The notes under the pieces: model-generated | The model's input: only the letters and a program-made list of their open reading frames with translations | What the model was told of the DNA's origin: nothing | Databases searched by the model: none | Made by a program: the position numbers and the translations under genes | Origin: Chrysomallon squamiferum | Lineage: Eukaryota; Animalia; Mollusca | NCBI GenBank assembly: GCA_012295275.1 | Contig: CM022667.1 | Location: 8,122,001 to 8,186,000 of the forward strand | DNA: 64,000 nucleotides | Reading direction: 5' to 3' | Part shown: piece after piece, positions 35,067 through 46,822 of the stretch | Layout: the number at the start of each line of letters is the position of its first letter | Numbering within the stretch: the stretch's first letter is position 1

Positions 35067-35833
35067 GAAAAGCTTTCAAAGTGGGTTTGACGTAATCTGT
35101 CATTATTTTTTACGGAGTTACAGGTTGTTTTGTTGTTTTTTGTCTCCTGTTATACATACATACATAGATACATACATATATAAATATAACCTGACAGATG
35201 AGATCATTTCAATTTTTTTTTCTGAAATTCTTCCTAGTTTGTTTTCTTTTGTTAAAAAAATGTGATGAAAGTTACAATAATAATAATTTTATTTATTTAT
35301 TTATTTAAAGATACGCTACGAAATGGCATATTTATCTCGTGCACATACATAAACAACCGCACGTTCTCCGCCTACTTATAATAATGGTGATAATAATAAT
35401 AATAATAACAATAACAACAACAACAACAACAATAAATTCTTAAATGACCTAAATGATGTATATTAAAGGTCAACACTTTATAAAGGAGAGAGAGAAATGA
35501 GAACATTTCGGAGGAAGAAAAACAAAACCAAAAACCAATGAAGTTTGTATAAATATGACGTCATCTAACTATTTTTATAAAAGGATATACGGACTATTAT
35601 AACAAAACGTTATTTCCTTGATACTTTGATTTTTAATTTAATTTTGTTAAAATAATGGATATGGTAAAATAGACTTTAAGTGAGTATCTCATTGTTATCA
35701 GCAAATTATTGTTGTATTTTATTATAACTTAAAAACAAAACAAAAAATATTAATTACGATATAATGAACGATGACGCGCCACTGAAACAATTAAACGTGT
35801 AATAATCCATGTGACGTAAGTTTTGCTTTTCAG

Positions 35834-35896
<63 letters not shown>

Positions 35897-37305
35897 AATC
35901 AAAAATAGTCAGCATCCACCTTTCGATGTCCATATGTTTTCCTATAAACACATGGCAGTCAATCCTAATTTTAATTGTCAAAAAGACTTTAATTGTCAAA
36001 AAGAATCTAAAATTATACATATATTTCAATTTTATAAACTGGTATGTATTTATTATATGAATAGTAATGTAAAGACTGTATGCAACGTAATTCAGAAATA
36101 ATAATTCTGAAATATTCTAGAAAGGTTTGTTACAAAAATTTCAAAGGAAATATTCTGTTGGGGTGATGTTGATACTGATAATAAATATCTTAAACTTAAG
36201 GAAACGTATTACCATCTTTACTTGTATTTTCCAAGTTCATGTTAGGCTAAGATCATGCTAATGTGCTCCTAAGAAAGAAAAACAAAACAATGATTTGGAA
36301 GAACTTGTTAGAGAAATATTTATGCTGTTCTCAAAAATCATCAAGCATATTGCTCCCATTAACGATGTCATTAAATTAAATATTTGATTATCACTATTGT
36401 TTTTAACACAATTTGTTTTTGTAAGTTGATGGGGACGATTAATTAGAAAAAAATTACAAATTTACATTAAATTAATATTTTAAAAGACAGATATATTTTG
36501 TCTAAATTAGACAAGCACACTTAATAAAATATAGGGGTAAACTTGTTTTTGTAAAATACAACTGACAAATGAAATATAACAATAGTTTTTATTAAAACAT
36601 TCATTGTTACATGCAGTCTGTGAAAACAAAATATTATCAGCTGCACAACCATGTTATCTGGGTGATGTTCTTTGAAGGAAATTTTTCTCTGTATCTTGTC
36701 ATAATTAGTTGTGATTTAAAAAAAAAATATATATAACAACATAAAAGCTCTTTCCTTGATTTTCTGTCAACTTCAAATAAAACATTTAATGTCACAACAG
36801 TAACAAGACAAGCAGCAGTGTGGAAATGGATGGCTGTGCAGGGGATGAGGAACAGCAATCCCCTACTTTTCAGTTTTCAGTTTATATCCAATTTCTAAAA
36901 TTACTATGGATTCGGAGGTGTTTATTTAGCAAAACAAAGATGTAAGTGAAAATATTTTACATCATTATTGAATATCAAATAATTTCAGACTGGTGCATGC
37001 TTGTGAAAATGAACATACTGGGATACTTTGAAAGACAGGATCTTCAAACCAGTGTAGAAATAAATAATAATGAAAACACTTAGCTCACAGAATCCACCCA
37101 CCCCATCCCCGCCCAACCTCATTAGCATATCCCTAACTCCTAAAACCCATTTTCATCACTGCTGCATAGTAACTGTTACATAAACTGTTACATAAACTGC
37201 TACATAAACTGTTATATAAACTGCTGACAGATCTGCCTGGAATTTTTGACCTGTCAAAGATGACACTTTAATCTACACAGTTTATTCAAATATGATGAAG
37301 ATGAG

Positions 37306-37460
37306 GAACCCACAATGTCAAAGATTTTGTTGATAATGAACCCAGAATGTCAAAGGTTATGTTTATAATGAACCCAAAATGTCAAAGGTTATGATGATAA
37401 TGAACCCAAAATGTCAAAGGTTATGATGATTATGATGAATTGAGAATGTCAAATGATATG
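37306..37460. repeat. 32-nt minisatellite, about 5 copies, in the probable POLR2C 3'UTR
   Basis: Unit gaacccaaaatgtcaaaggttatgatgataat at 37306, 37338, 37370 and 37402. A separate 12-nt aactgttacata repeat lies at 37171-37225. Confidence 0.85.
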
Positions 37461-37508
37461 TTGATGACAACCAGCATGCTCTACACAACAGGTGGACTGT
37501 CAGTGATG

Positions 37509-39722
37509 TTAGTTAATGGCCAGAGCGTCTTGTGCTATCTCCTGACTGAGCTGAGTCTGCAGGTCGCTGAGTTTCTTCTTGATAACTGACAGAGCTGAAA
37601 ACACGATCCCCTCGGTCTCAGCGAGCCTGACGTTTCTATGTTGATGAAAAACTTGTTTGGTTTGCCGTGAATGTCAAACTCTGCTTCATCTGAAGCATAA
37701 ACAAGAAACCAACTAGTAGGATAAAATGTTTCAATACCAAAATTAAATGATATATTTATTTTTGTAGATACTTATGGAATAATCAAATATACTTTGTTTT
37801 TAAAAATTAAGTTGTTTTTTTTTTTTTTTTTTTTTACTATATAACCTTTGCATAATGAAAAACATGAATTTTAAACATTTAGCTGCCATAAAATCTGACA
37901 TATTTGCTACACAGACAAACATAGTTAAAAATATGTTTTATAAACAGGACAAATTTTAAAAAAAATCAGAACAAAAATCTTACATTGTTCTTCATCCAGC
38001 TCAGTAAATTCACTTTTCGGCCTGAAAGTTTTAAGATATATATCATTGTAAAATAATTTAAAATTGTAAGTTTAGCCTCACTTTTAATTATCCATGTTAA
38101 GTTTCAAGTATATATGACATTCCCTCGTGACAGGAAATATTCCAAATAAGCTATGTAACATTAGTCTTCAAAAAACTAATGTATGTATATGTAAGAATGT
38201 ATAAAATAATAATAATAATATCTGTGTGTGTGTGTGTGTGTGTGTGTGTGATTTAATATACGAAACAAGCTGAAATGAAATCCTGAATCCACTGCCTGGA
38301 TCCTCTAATTGCTATAGTTAGTAATTTAGCATGAACCACACAAAGTATAAATAAATGTAAAATGAAGTATCAAGTGTACTTACCACTCTTCGGGTTTGGG
38401 GTAGAGGGTGTGTCGAAGGGAGTTGTCAGGATCATACTCAAAAGCAACACCAGCCGTAGGATTCCATTTTGCATGTTCTTTAGCAAAACCTTTTCTTGCA
38501 AAAGCTCTTATTTTCAGTTCTTGTCCCTTTCTCAACTTGGCAATCAATATGTCTGTGAAAAAATAAATAAGTCTAAATTGAAAAAATATAAAATAAATAA
38601 TAATCCAAAATGAGAAAAATAAATACAAATATTCAGTTTTGGTTACATTAAGTATTAGCATTCCCTAAACAAACTGACAAATAAATTTTTGGTTCTTACA
38701 ATTATCAACAATAGAGTCTTTTTTTTTAAAACATATATATTTGCCTGAGACACCATCAGAAAAACATTCCTCAGTTTAAATAGAAAGCAGGCCACAGAGA
38801 GGTAATGATATATTACACTTGTTTATGATGATGCAGACTTCTACAGCTTGTTATCAAAGAAAATATTTAAATTCTTTCTCCTCTAGTTTTCCAAAGGAGA
38901 GAACAGACAGACATTTATATTGCTGAGTATATATATAAAACTAAAATGTTAATTACTTACCATCTGTATCTTCATATTCACTTGCTTCTTCCCTGTGTTT
39001 GGATGTCACCTGAAACAGTCAATGTATAAACAATCTGCTATTTTCTCAGTCACCTTTCTGTATCCAGCAGTTAAATTAAATCTAGTACAGGATTTAAATT
39101 TAAAACAGTTGTGTTGAATCAATAGGTTCATGATTACAGATTACTGAAATGCATTAGTTTCTATTCTTTAAAAAAATTACTTTTTTTTTATATACAAGCT
39201 TCACAAATCAACTGTGAAAGTTATTCTGTTTACATTCACTTTTTTGTATTCACTTTTATATTTTGTTAAGTGACATAAAATTTTATTGTTTTATTATCGT
39301 TATTTATAAAATAATAAACTCCTATGATTATCATTATCATTTATATTTTAATAAATGATATAAAATTTTATTTACTTATTTATCATTATTAATAACTTTA
39401 TCAATTCTTATTATTACTATGATGATGATGAGTATTATTATTATCTTTCATATTTTAACATGTAATTTAAAATTTCATTTATTTATCATTATTTTTAACA
39501 TTATCAATTTCTATTATTACGATGATTTTTTTTTTTTTTTTAAATTATTATCATCATCATTATTTTTCATTAAAGATGGTAAGTGTATGAAGTGACTACA
39601 ATCTTTATGGATCATGTTGTTTAATGAAAGTGAACACAATCAGTTTCTCATCTGTTGGAGACTTCACCCATTTTACTGGATTCGCTGGCCACACAAGAGC
39701 AGGTAGCTCTAATAAAACCTTT

Positions 39723-39757
<35 letters not shown>

Positions 39758-42700
39758 TTTATTTTACAAGTAAAATAACTGGCTATTTAACTGGTCTTTC
39801 AAAAGTTTTAAAAGTTGGAACTTCTACAGACAATGTATTCAGAAAAAGTTTGTTTGAATAACTAAATCAAGTTAGTGATATGTTACACACCATTTGTGAA
39901 TAAGGTATACTGCTGAACCTGTGTGTGAAAGCTTCTAAAGTTTGAATTAAACCATATTTGTCTTGCACAAACATATTCTCAATGACCAAATGAATATATA
40001 ACTTCAGAGTAAACAGAGGTTCATCTTAATGGTCTGTATTGATAACACACATACAAATACAGACACGAAAAAAAAAAATATATAATGAATTATTTCACAT
40101 TAATAAAATGTCCCAAATGTTTTGCAGTAATAATTAAAAACAAATTTTATGGCTTACACACCAAGCAAACATATAGATTAACAGACTGAATTTTGAAATC
40201 ATTGTGAAGTCCATCTATATTTATAAAACAACAATATTAAACACAACAGCTAATAATAAATGAGAAAGTTCAGTCCAGTACTTTTGTTGTTTTCAGAAAC
40301 AAAATGCAGCACAGTTTCAACCCAGTCAACCACACCATCAGTCCTATTCACAAGTTACACACTCCTCCGTCACTACAGCAGAGCAGTCGCAACGTTGTCC
40401 TCTCAGCAATCTCACTGAAACGTCTGTCACAGGTCTCACTGCATTATTATTACCGAAAGATTTAATCATTTTTCTATTATTATTATCAGTTAATATATGA
40501 ATTACTGTGCTGTAGAGATCAATACAAAATTGATTTTGACTGTAGAAATGCTCAGTACCCTGCTAAATGGGTGGGGGGAAGAAAGAAAGAAAAAAAAAGA
40601 AGAGGAAAATCTGTGAGTCTGACTTGATGCTCATCTACAATTAGCATCTACAATATGTGAAGACTAAGACATTTAAAAAAAGGAGACATATAAAGGAGGG
40701 GAAAAAAAAATTCTAATAATTTTTCTTAACATGACTATCCAAGATAATTTTATTTTTGCAATATCTTAAGAAGATTTTTCAATTCTTTATTAAACGATGT
40801 TCTGTTTTTTTTTAGGCAGTAAATTTACCCATACCAAGAATCCTTTCACAGTCAGTGAGTAGAGTAACTCTCAGTGATTTCCTTATCAAACTGGAGGACC
40901 TAACGAGAGAGAACTACATCACATGCACCTACCCTGCCACATGTCTCTTTAATAAATCCAGGGTCACAATCAAAGTTGTCACGCCTGGATATCAGGGTAA
41001 GTTAAACAAAATTAAATGCTGATTAATCCTCATTAAGAGTCCTTTCTTCACGTCTCAGGTTGCAGCAGTCCTTTCACACCATTTGGTAATAAAAATATCA
41101 AATTGTATATATTTTTGTACATAAACTTTTTTTCTTGTTGTTTGAAAACTTAAAATATGGGTAAGATTCTTCTGACTTTGTAATTCATTGTAATTAATAT
41201 GAAATTTCACTAATAAATAAATAGAAATAATAATTATCTCTCCTTTAGAGTTTTGGAAAGCTTACAGAGAATCTATAAATTTGATTTTAGAAATTGAGAC
41301 TGACAAAAATCACCCAGGTTACCTGACCTCCTTTGCTGAACAGGGAAATCTGTTCTGTGTGTACGAGAACAGTGAAACTCTACAAGACAAGATCAACCAG
41401 TGTATAAAAGAAGGTGGCCAGTTCAGTAATGCGTTCATCTGGAACGTCATCCACGCTGTGTGCAGTCAGCTGATTCTCGTGAATCCACGACCAGAAACAA
41501 AAATCAAACCAGGTTCCGTAGTTTTCTTAACAAACGACAAAATCTTTCTCGATGTCAACGAAACTGACCCCAATGAAGAGGACATCACCTCGTTTGACAT
41601 GGGTTTACCTGAGCCTATATACGATGCTCCAGAAGTGATAACCCACAACAACCCCGACTGCAGAGCTTTCGTGTGGTCTCTTGGTTGCATACTGTACGAG
41701 CTTTTGGGTTTGGAGCCTGCATTTTTTGACATTGAAGGGATTAACCCCTTTCAGATGTACATGAACATAGTTCAGGGAGAACTGCCATCGTTTCAGAATC
41801 TCAATGGCAGTCAAGAATTAATAAATCTCACTTTGAACTGTATGAGCACCGACCCAGAGCTGCGACCGAGTCTGGAGTATTTGTTAACACTTTCCATGAA
41901 GCATGTGACCCATTCAGTTTGAGTTAGTCAGCGTTTGAAATGTTTGTTTATGTTTACTTTCTTTTGTTAGCATTTTATATAAGTGTGTTAAGTTTTTATA
42001 TTATTTCAGTTTGATATTATTTTATACATGCATATTTATTTTTTGTATTTATTTTATTTTGATATTATTTCATTTATGTATATTAAGTTTTATATTTGAT
42101 ATATCCATAGAATTTTTCAATTTTTACAATGGTTTGTGTTACATTTGTTAGTTTTTGCATGAACAAAATTTTTAATGGCATGTTAGTAACTTTACAAATT
42201 GATTATTGTTTACTGTTTGTGTGTTGGTTTTTGTTATACATTTCTTGTTATTTGATACAAATAATTTTTATATTTTTATATTTATTTTACCATTAAGGTG
42301 TGTCATTTTGTCTGTTTAATTTCACAAAAAAGAAAAAAAAAAAAGAAAAAAAATTCATATTGTACTAAATTTATACATTCCCTATGGGAAACTGCAATGA
42401 ATTAAAATAAAATGATAAATATGTATTTCTTATTTTTAAAATCTTCATTTGTTGTTTTTTTCAAAGATGATTAATTCAGTAGAAAAGATTACAAAAATAA
42501 ATCCAAGAAAACTATGTTTGTCATCAATTTTCTATATAAAGTGATAACAAATTTATTAGGAATTCAAATTAGTTCAGTTTATGTCAATAATAAATACTCT
42601 AAAGGAGAGATATCTTAAACATGTTAAAAATCAAAATTAACATATATGTATTTTAATAAGTAACTGTAGTCTACCAAGTTTCCTTCAAAAACAAGAGCAT

Positions 42701-44767
42701 CAGTAACGTAATAGTTCAGTGAGAATGTGGCAGAATGAGATTTTGGTCAAGTTATAGGATACAGGAAAGATTAGCTACAGGTTTTATCATTAGCTTATTT
42801 TTCTTACTATACTTTGTTATTAGCAGAGAAACTGAGAGATATTCGATGTATTCAGACTGTTTTTTTTATATTTATTTAATTCTCATATTATTTTTTATAT
42901 TTAATTTATTTGGATATAATTTGATATATGTATCATTAACTTTTTATATTTATTTCATTTTTATATTATTTTAACATAATATTATATATTAATTTTGTTT
43001 ATTCATACTATTGACTTTTGTAATAATAATAAAAGAAAAAAGAACTCACTACATGTTTATAGTGTTATAAAAATAAAAGAGGAACTTACAGGAATGACTT
43101 TAGGATTTGAAGAAATGAGGTCAGCACTGGTCACATGACGAGTCTGGTCATCCTGACACTTGACATCCAGCTGGAACTCAACCGCACAGTCCGTGCAAAA
43201 CTCATCACACGTACAGTCCTAGACAAATTACACAAGCACTTGTACATTGTACAGTTTACACAAAACAACACACTGTTAAAACAGCCTGTACAAAACTCAT
43301 CACACATACAGTCCTAGACAAATTACACAAGCACTTGTACATTGTACAGTTCACACAAAACAACACACTGTTAAAACAGCCTGTACAAAACTCATCCCAT
43401 GTACAGTCCTAAACAAATTACACAAACACCTGCACATTGTACTGTTTACTCAAAATAACACTCAAGTTATCTTCAGTACTCTTTCACAAAGGTAAAAGTG
43501 AACAGACTATATATTAAAAAACATAATAATAACAATAGTATTAATTAATTCTTTTTATATTTTGTTTTATTAGAAACTTCAGTAGAAAAAACCCCAAATA
43601 TATTTGAAAAAGTATACATAACAACCTAATGACTACAAAATTATTTTAAGTGTCATCACAATACAACAAATAAACTGTTTGTGTGTATTGCATGGAAGAA
43701 AGTGTGTGTGTTTATATGTGTGTATGTGCATGTGTGCGCTTGGATGTCTGTGACTTTGTAAATGTTCAGAGATGTGCATGGTACACGTAGTAGGAGGTAT
43801 ACCACACAAATATGTAGATAAGATAGTATGGACTACAAATACATGGATAGGAAAGTAATCAGTGTTTAGTGTTGAGACCCACCCTTGAGTACTGCATCTT
43901 GTCTACTACATCATCACTAGTGAGAGGAATGAGACCCAGTCTGTGAGATATAAACTCATCAAACATCACTGTAGAATTAGCTTCAAACTGAACCCAGTCA
44001 ATAGCTGAAACATCAAACAAAAAAAAAAAAAAAAAAAAAATTAAAAAGTAAACCAGATGCATATTGATAAAAATAATAAATATAAATAAAAATATAATTA
44101 TTGTAATTATTATTTATTAATAAATAATTATGAAAAAAGTAAAAATAAATGTAAACAGGATCCATAATTGATAATAACAACAACAACAACCATAATCATT
44201 AAAAATAATAATAACAATAAATAAATAAATAATGAAAAAAGTAAAAATAGACATGAGATCCTTACCAATAGTTGGAACTTCAGCATGACAAACTCTTCGT
44301 AAACCATTTGCAACACTAAATAAAAACATGCAGTCAGAATTAGAATTTAAATATAATATATAATTAACAAATTTTTTCCAAGAAAACTTAGCTATTAAAT
44401 GAAAAGCATATTATGGTATTTAATACAAATACTGCATTAAAATTGTTTGGGTTACTTAGATAATAACAAGGCCTGATAGAAAAATTTATAAAGAATAATA
44501 GGTAGAGATAGACTATTTTAATTACATAGGGCTGTTCTTAATTTTGAAATAATTGGAGATAATTGGTGTCATTTTGCTCTTTCTAATAATTTAGAATGTT
44601 TTTGGAAAACAAAAATTTTTAATTTTTCTTTTTTCTTTTTAATTTTAATATTTTTGTTACTCTCAGACTAATGACAGTCAAAACATTTTTGTGCTGACAG
44701 ATTATTAAACATTCACCAATTCACTGACTTTTCAGTTAACTGATTTTGTGTGTGTGTGTGTGTGTGT

Positions 44768-44860
<93 letters not shown>

Positions 44861-45388
44861 ATATTAAATACATTTTTTAACCTTAGGTTTTTACGTTAAT
44901 GAGACATCAGTGGCATAATTATATTGCCCATATGAATTTTTTTGGAAAATAATGCTTTGTCACATAGACACACCTAATTCTAACACCAATATCATGAATA
45001 TGAATTTTAGTAGTAAATCTAAAATAAGTAATTTTGCATTCAATATTGGGCCTGCGATTACCAGCATCATCTTTTTCAACACACACACACACATGTATAT
45101 GCATTTGTTAGCATACAAAGATAGGTTTAGGTTTCTCATAATCTCAGTTAGTAGTTTGTACTAGTAGTTACTAAACTTTAACTTAAATTCATAATAATTA
45201 TTCAATATTCATTGAATGATTGATTCATGATTGCATCGTATCATCATCAAATATCAATGTCACGAACGTGCAGCTGAGTGCTAGAGGAATAATTCTATTC
45301 ACCTTAAATCAGTGTCTTCGATAACGAATTTGATATTTTCGTCTGTTAACTGGGTTATTGTAACCGTGGGCTGATTAGCATATGGCAT
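37509..45388 (-). CDS. POLR2C: RNA polymerase II subunit RPB3, 8 exons (1-nt deletion in last exon, probably assembly error)
   Basis: Exons 45388-45303, 44315-44266, 44004-43883, 43218-43090, 39009-38961, 38552-38384, 38021-37984, 37689-37509. Protein [11 protein letters not shown]...[23 protein letters not shown]...[12 protein letters not shown]...[11 protein letters not shown]...KLRKGQELK...[24 protein letters not shown]...[11 protein letters not shown]...DALAIN*. Confidence 0.97.
40304..41922 (+). CDS. Divergent NEK6/7-like protein kinase domain protein, probable pseudokinase (~327 aa), nested in POLR2C intron 4
   Basis: Exons 40304-40432 (5' end tentative), 40816-40996 and 41249-41922 splice in frame. 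Kinase landmarks: [63 protein letters not shown]. No GxGxxG, HRD or DFG/DLG. AATAAA at 42405. Confidence 0.8.
43186..43465 (-). repeat. 95-nt tandem repeat (x3) containing the POLR2C exon-4 acceptor and first ~33 exonic nt
   Basis: Real junction tgtctag|GACTGTACGTGTGATGAGTTTTGCACGGACTGT at 43218. Copies start at 43313 and 43408, exactly 95 nt apart. Confidence 0.92.
44679..44920. repeat. Dispersed repeat copy B (POLR2C intron 1), interrupted by (TG)n(TC)n
   Basis: Matches 33978-34138 on both sides of a microsatellite at 44748-44857. Confidence 0.75.
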
Positions 45389-45764
45389 GACTATTTAAAA
45401 ATAAATAAAACTTTACAGAAATTGTTCTTCGCACGTCGTGAAAACCAAAACAGGAAACAGAAAGCGCCATCTATACCAAGTCAAATTTGGAATAGTTCAT
45501 TTGTTTTGAAATGTGTAAATGAGTTGTAGAAGGTATTATCATTAGTCCAAAAAGAATTTATTCATCATAAATAATATAAATATGAAACATTATTCAGAAT
45601 TAAGTATAAAACACATAATTAGAAAGCTATCCAAAGGAAAGTTCATATGATGTGAATTTATTTTGGAGATATTGTACCCCTTCGAATATGTTTATGCAGT
45701 CTTCCTTCGTACTTCCGGTTGTGGATCGTTCAGTGTTGTGTTGGTCAATCCAAATAGAGACGGG
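45389..45764. promoter_or_regulatory. Bidirectional promoter POLR2C / RPRD1
   Basis: Only 376 nt separate the divergent ATGs. Contains ETS-type ACTTCCGGT (45711-45719) and AGCGCCATCTA (45463-45473; CTCF/YY1-like). Confidence 0.75.
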
Positions 45765-46746
45765 ATGTCGTCTTTTTCTGATGCCAACTTTGCAAAGAAG
45801 TTGAATGAGCTGAATAACACTCAGCAAAGTATTCAGACATTGTCGTTGTGGTTAATACATCATCGTAAACATTCTAAAACAATCGTACAAGTATGGCACA
45901 GAGAACTTCAAAAAGGTAAAAAGTAAATCTGTTCACGAAATATGGGGAGAATCTATTAATCATTATGAATATGTTATTAAAAATTAAATAATTTTACCAT
46001 GGTACCGTATTGCCATTGCACAAGTGGTAGACATAGCCTCAGTGTCATCTAATGATTATATGTTCTAATAAAATGTATATTGCTGAACATTAATTATTAT
46101 TATTATTATTAATATTATTATTCAATTTTTAATAAAAATAAAAATCACACCTTTTCTTACGTTTTACTTAATTGATAATTACAATTAAATATAATAAAAA
46201 AGAATAAAATAAATGGTAACCTTGTAGGTTCGTTGATTTTTACAAGCTAAAATGACCACAAATAAATAAGACTACTTTTCTAAATTATATATATGGTTTT
46301 ACTGACTTTTTTGTATGTACTTTTACTGACAAAACCCTGACCTAAAATTCATAATTATCAAATAAAAATATGAAAATATAATTATTAACTGAAATTAATT
46401 GTAAAACAAAATGAAACAGTTATATATCAGAACTTGAATTAAAACACATTGTTCCAAAATCTTTAATAAAATCTTACTGACATGTCACAAAGCTTAGAAC
46501 TAATGTGCAAGATTACCAAATAAAATTAACTATTTATAGTTTTAATACAATGTTGTTTATTTACTTTTTTCAATGTTGTTAGTCAAAGACTGTTTTGAAA
46601 AAGGTTTATTATAAAGTTACGATAGCAATGTAAACCATAATTTTACACAGCAACCAAACTGTTAAGCAGAGCTTTTTGTTATTGCTCAATAATGTGCAGT
46701 GCAAGATTCACACAGTTTTAATACTTAACTCTTAAATCAAAATATT

Positions 46747-46822
<76 letters not shown>

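Noticed and set aside
41466-41814. Two minus-strand ORFs overlapping the kinase-like exon
   Set aside because: Antisense shadows of a real coding exon with no recognisable motifs.
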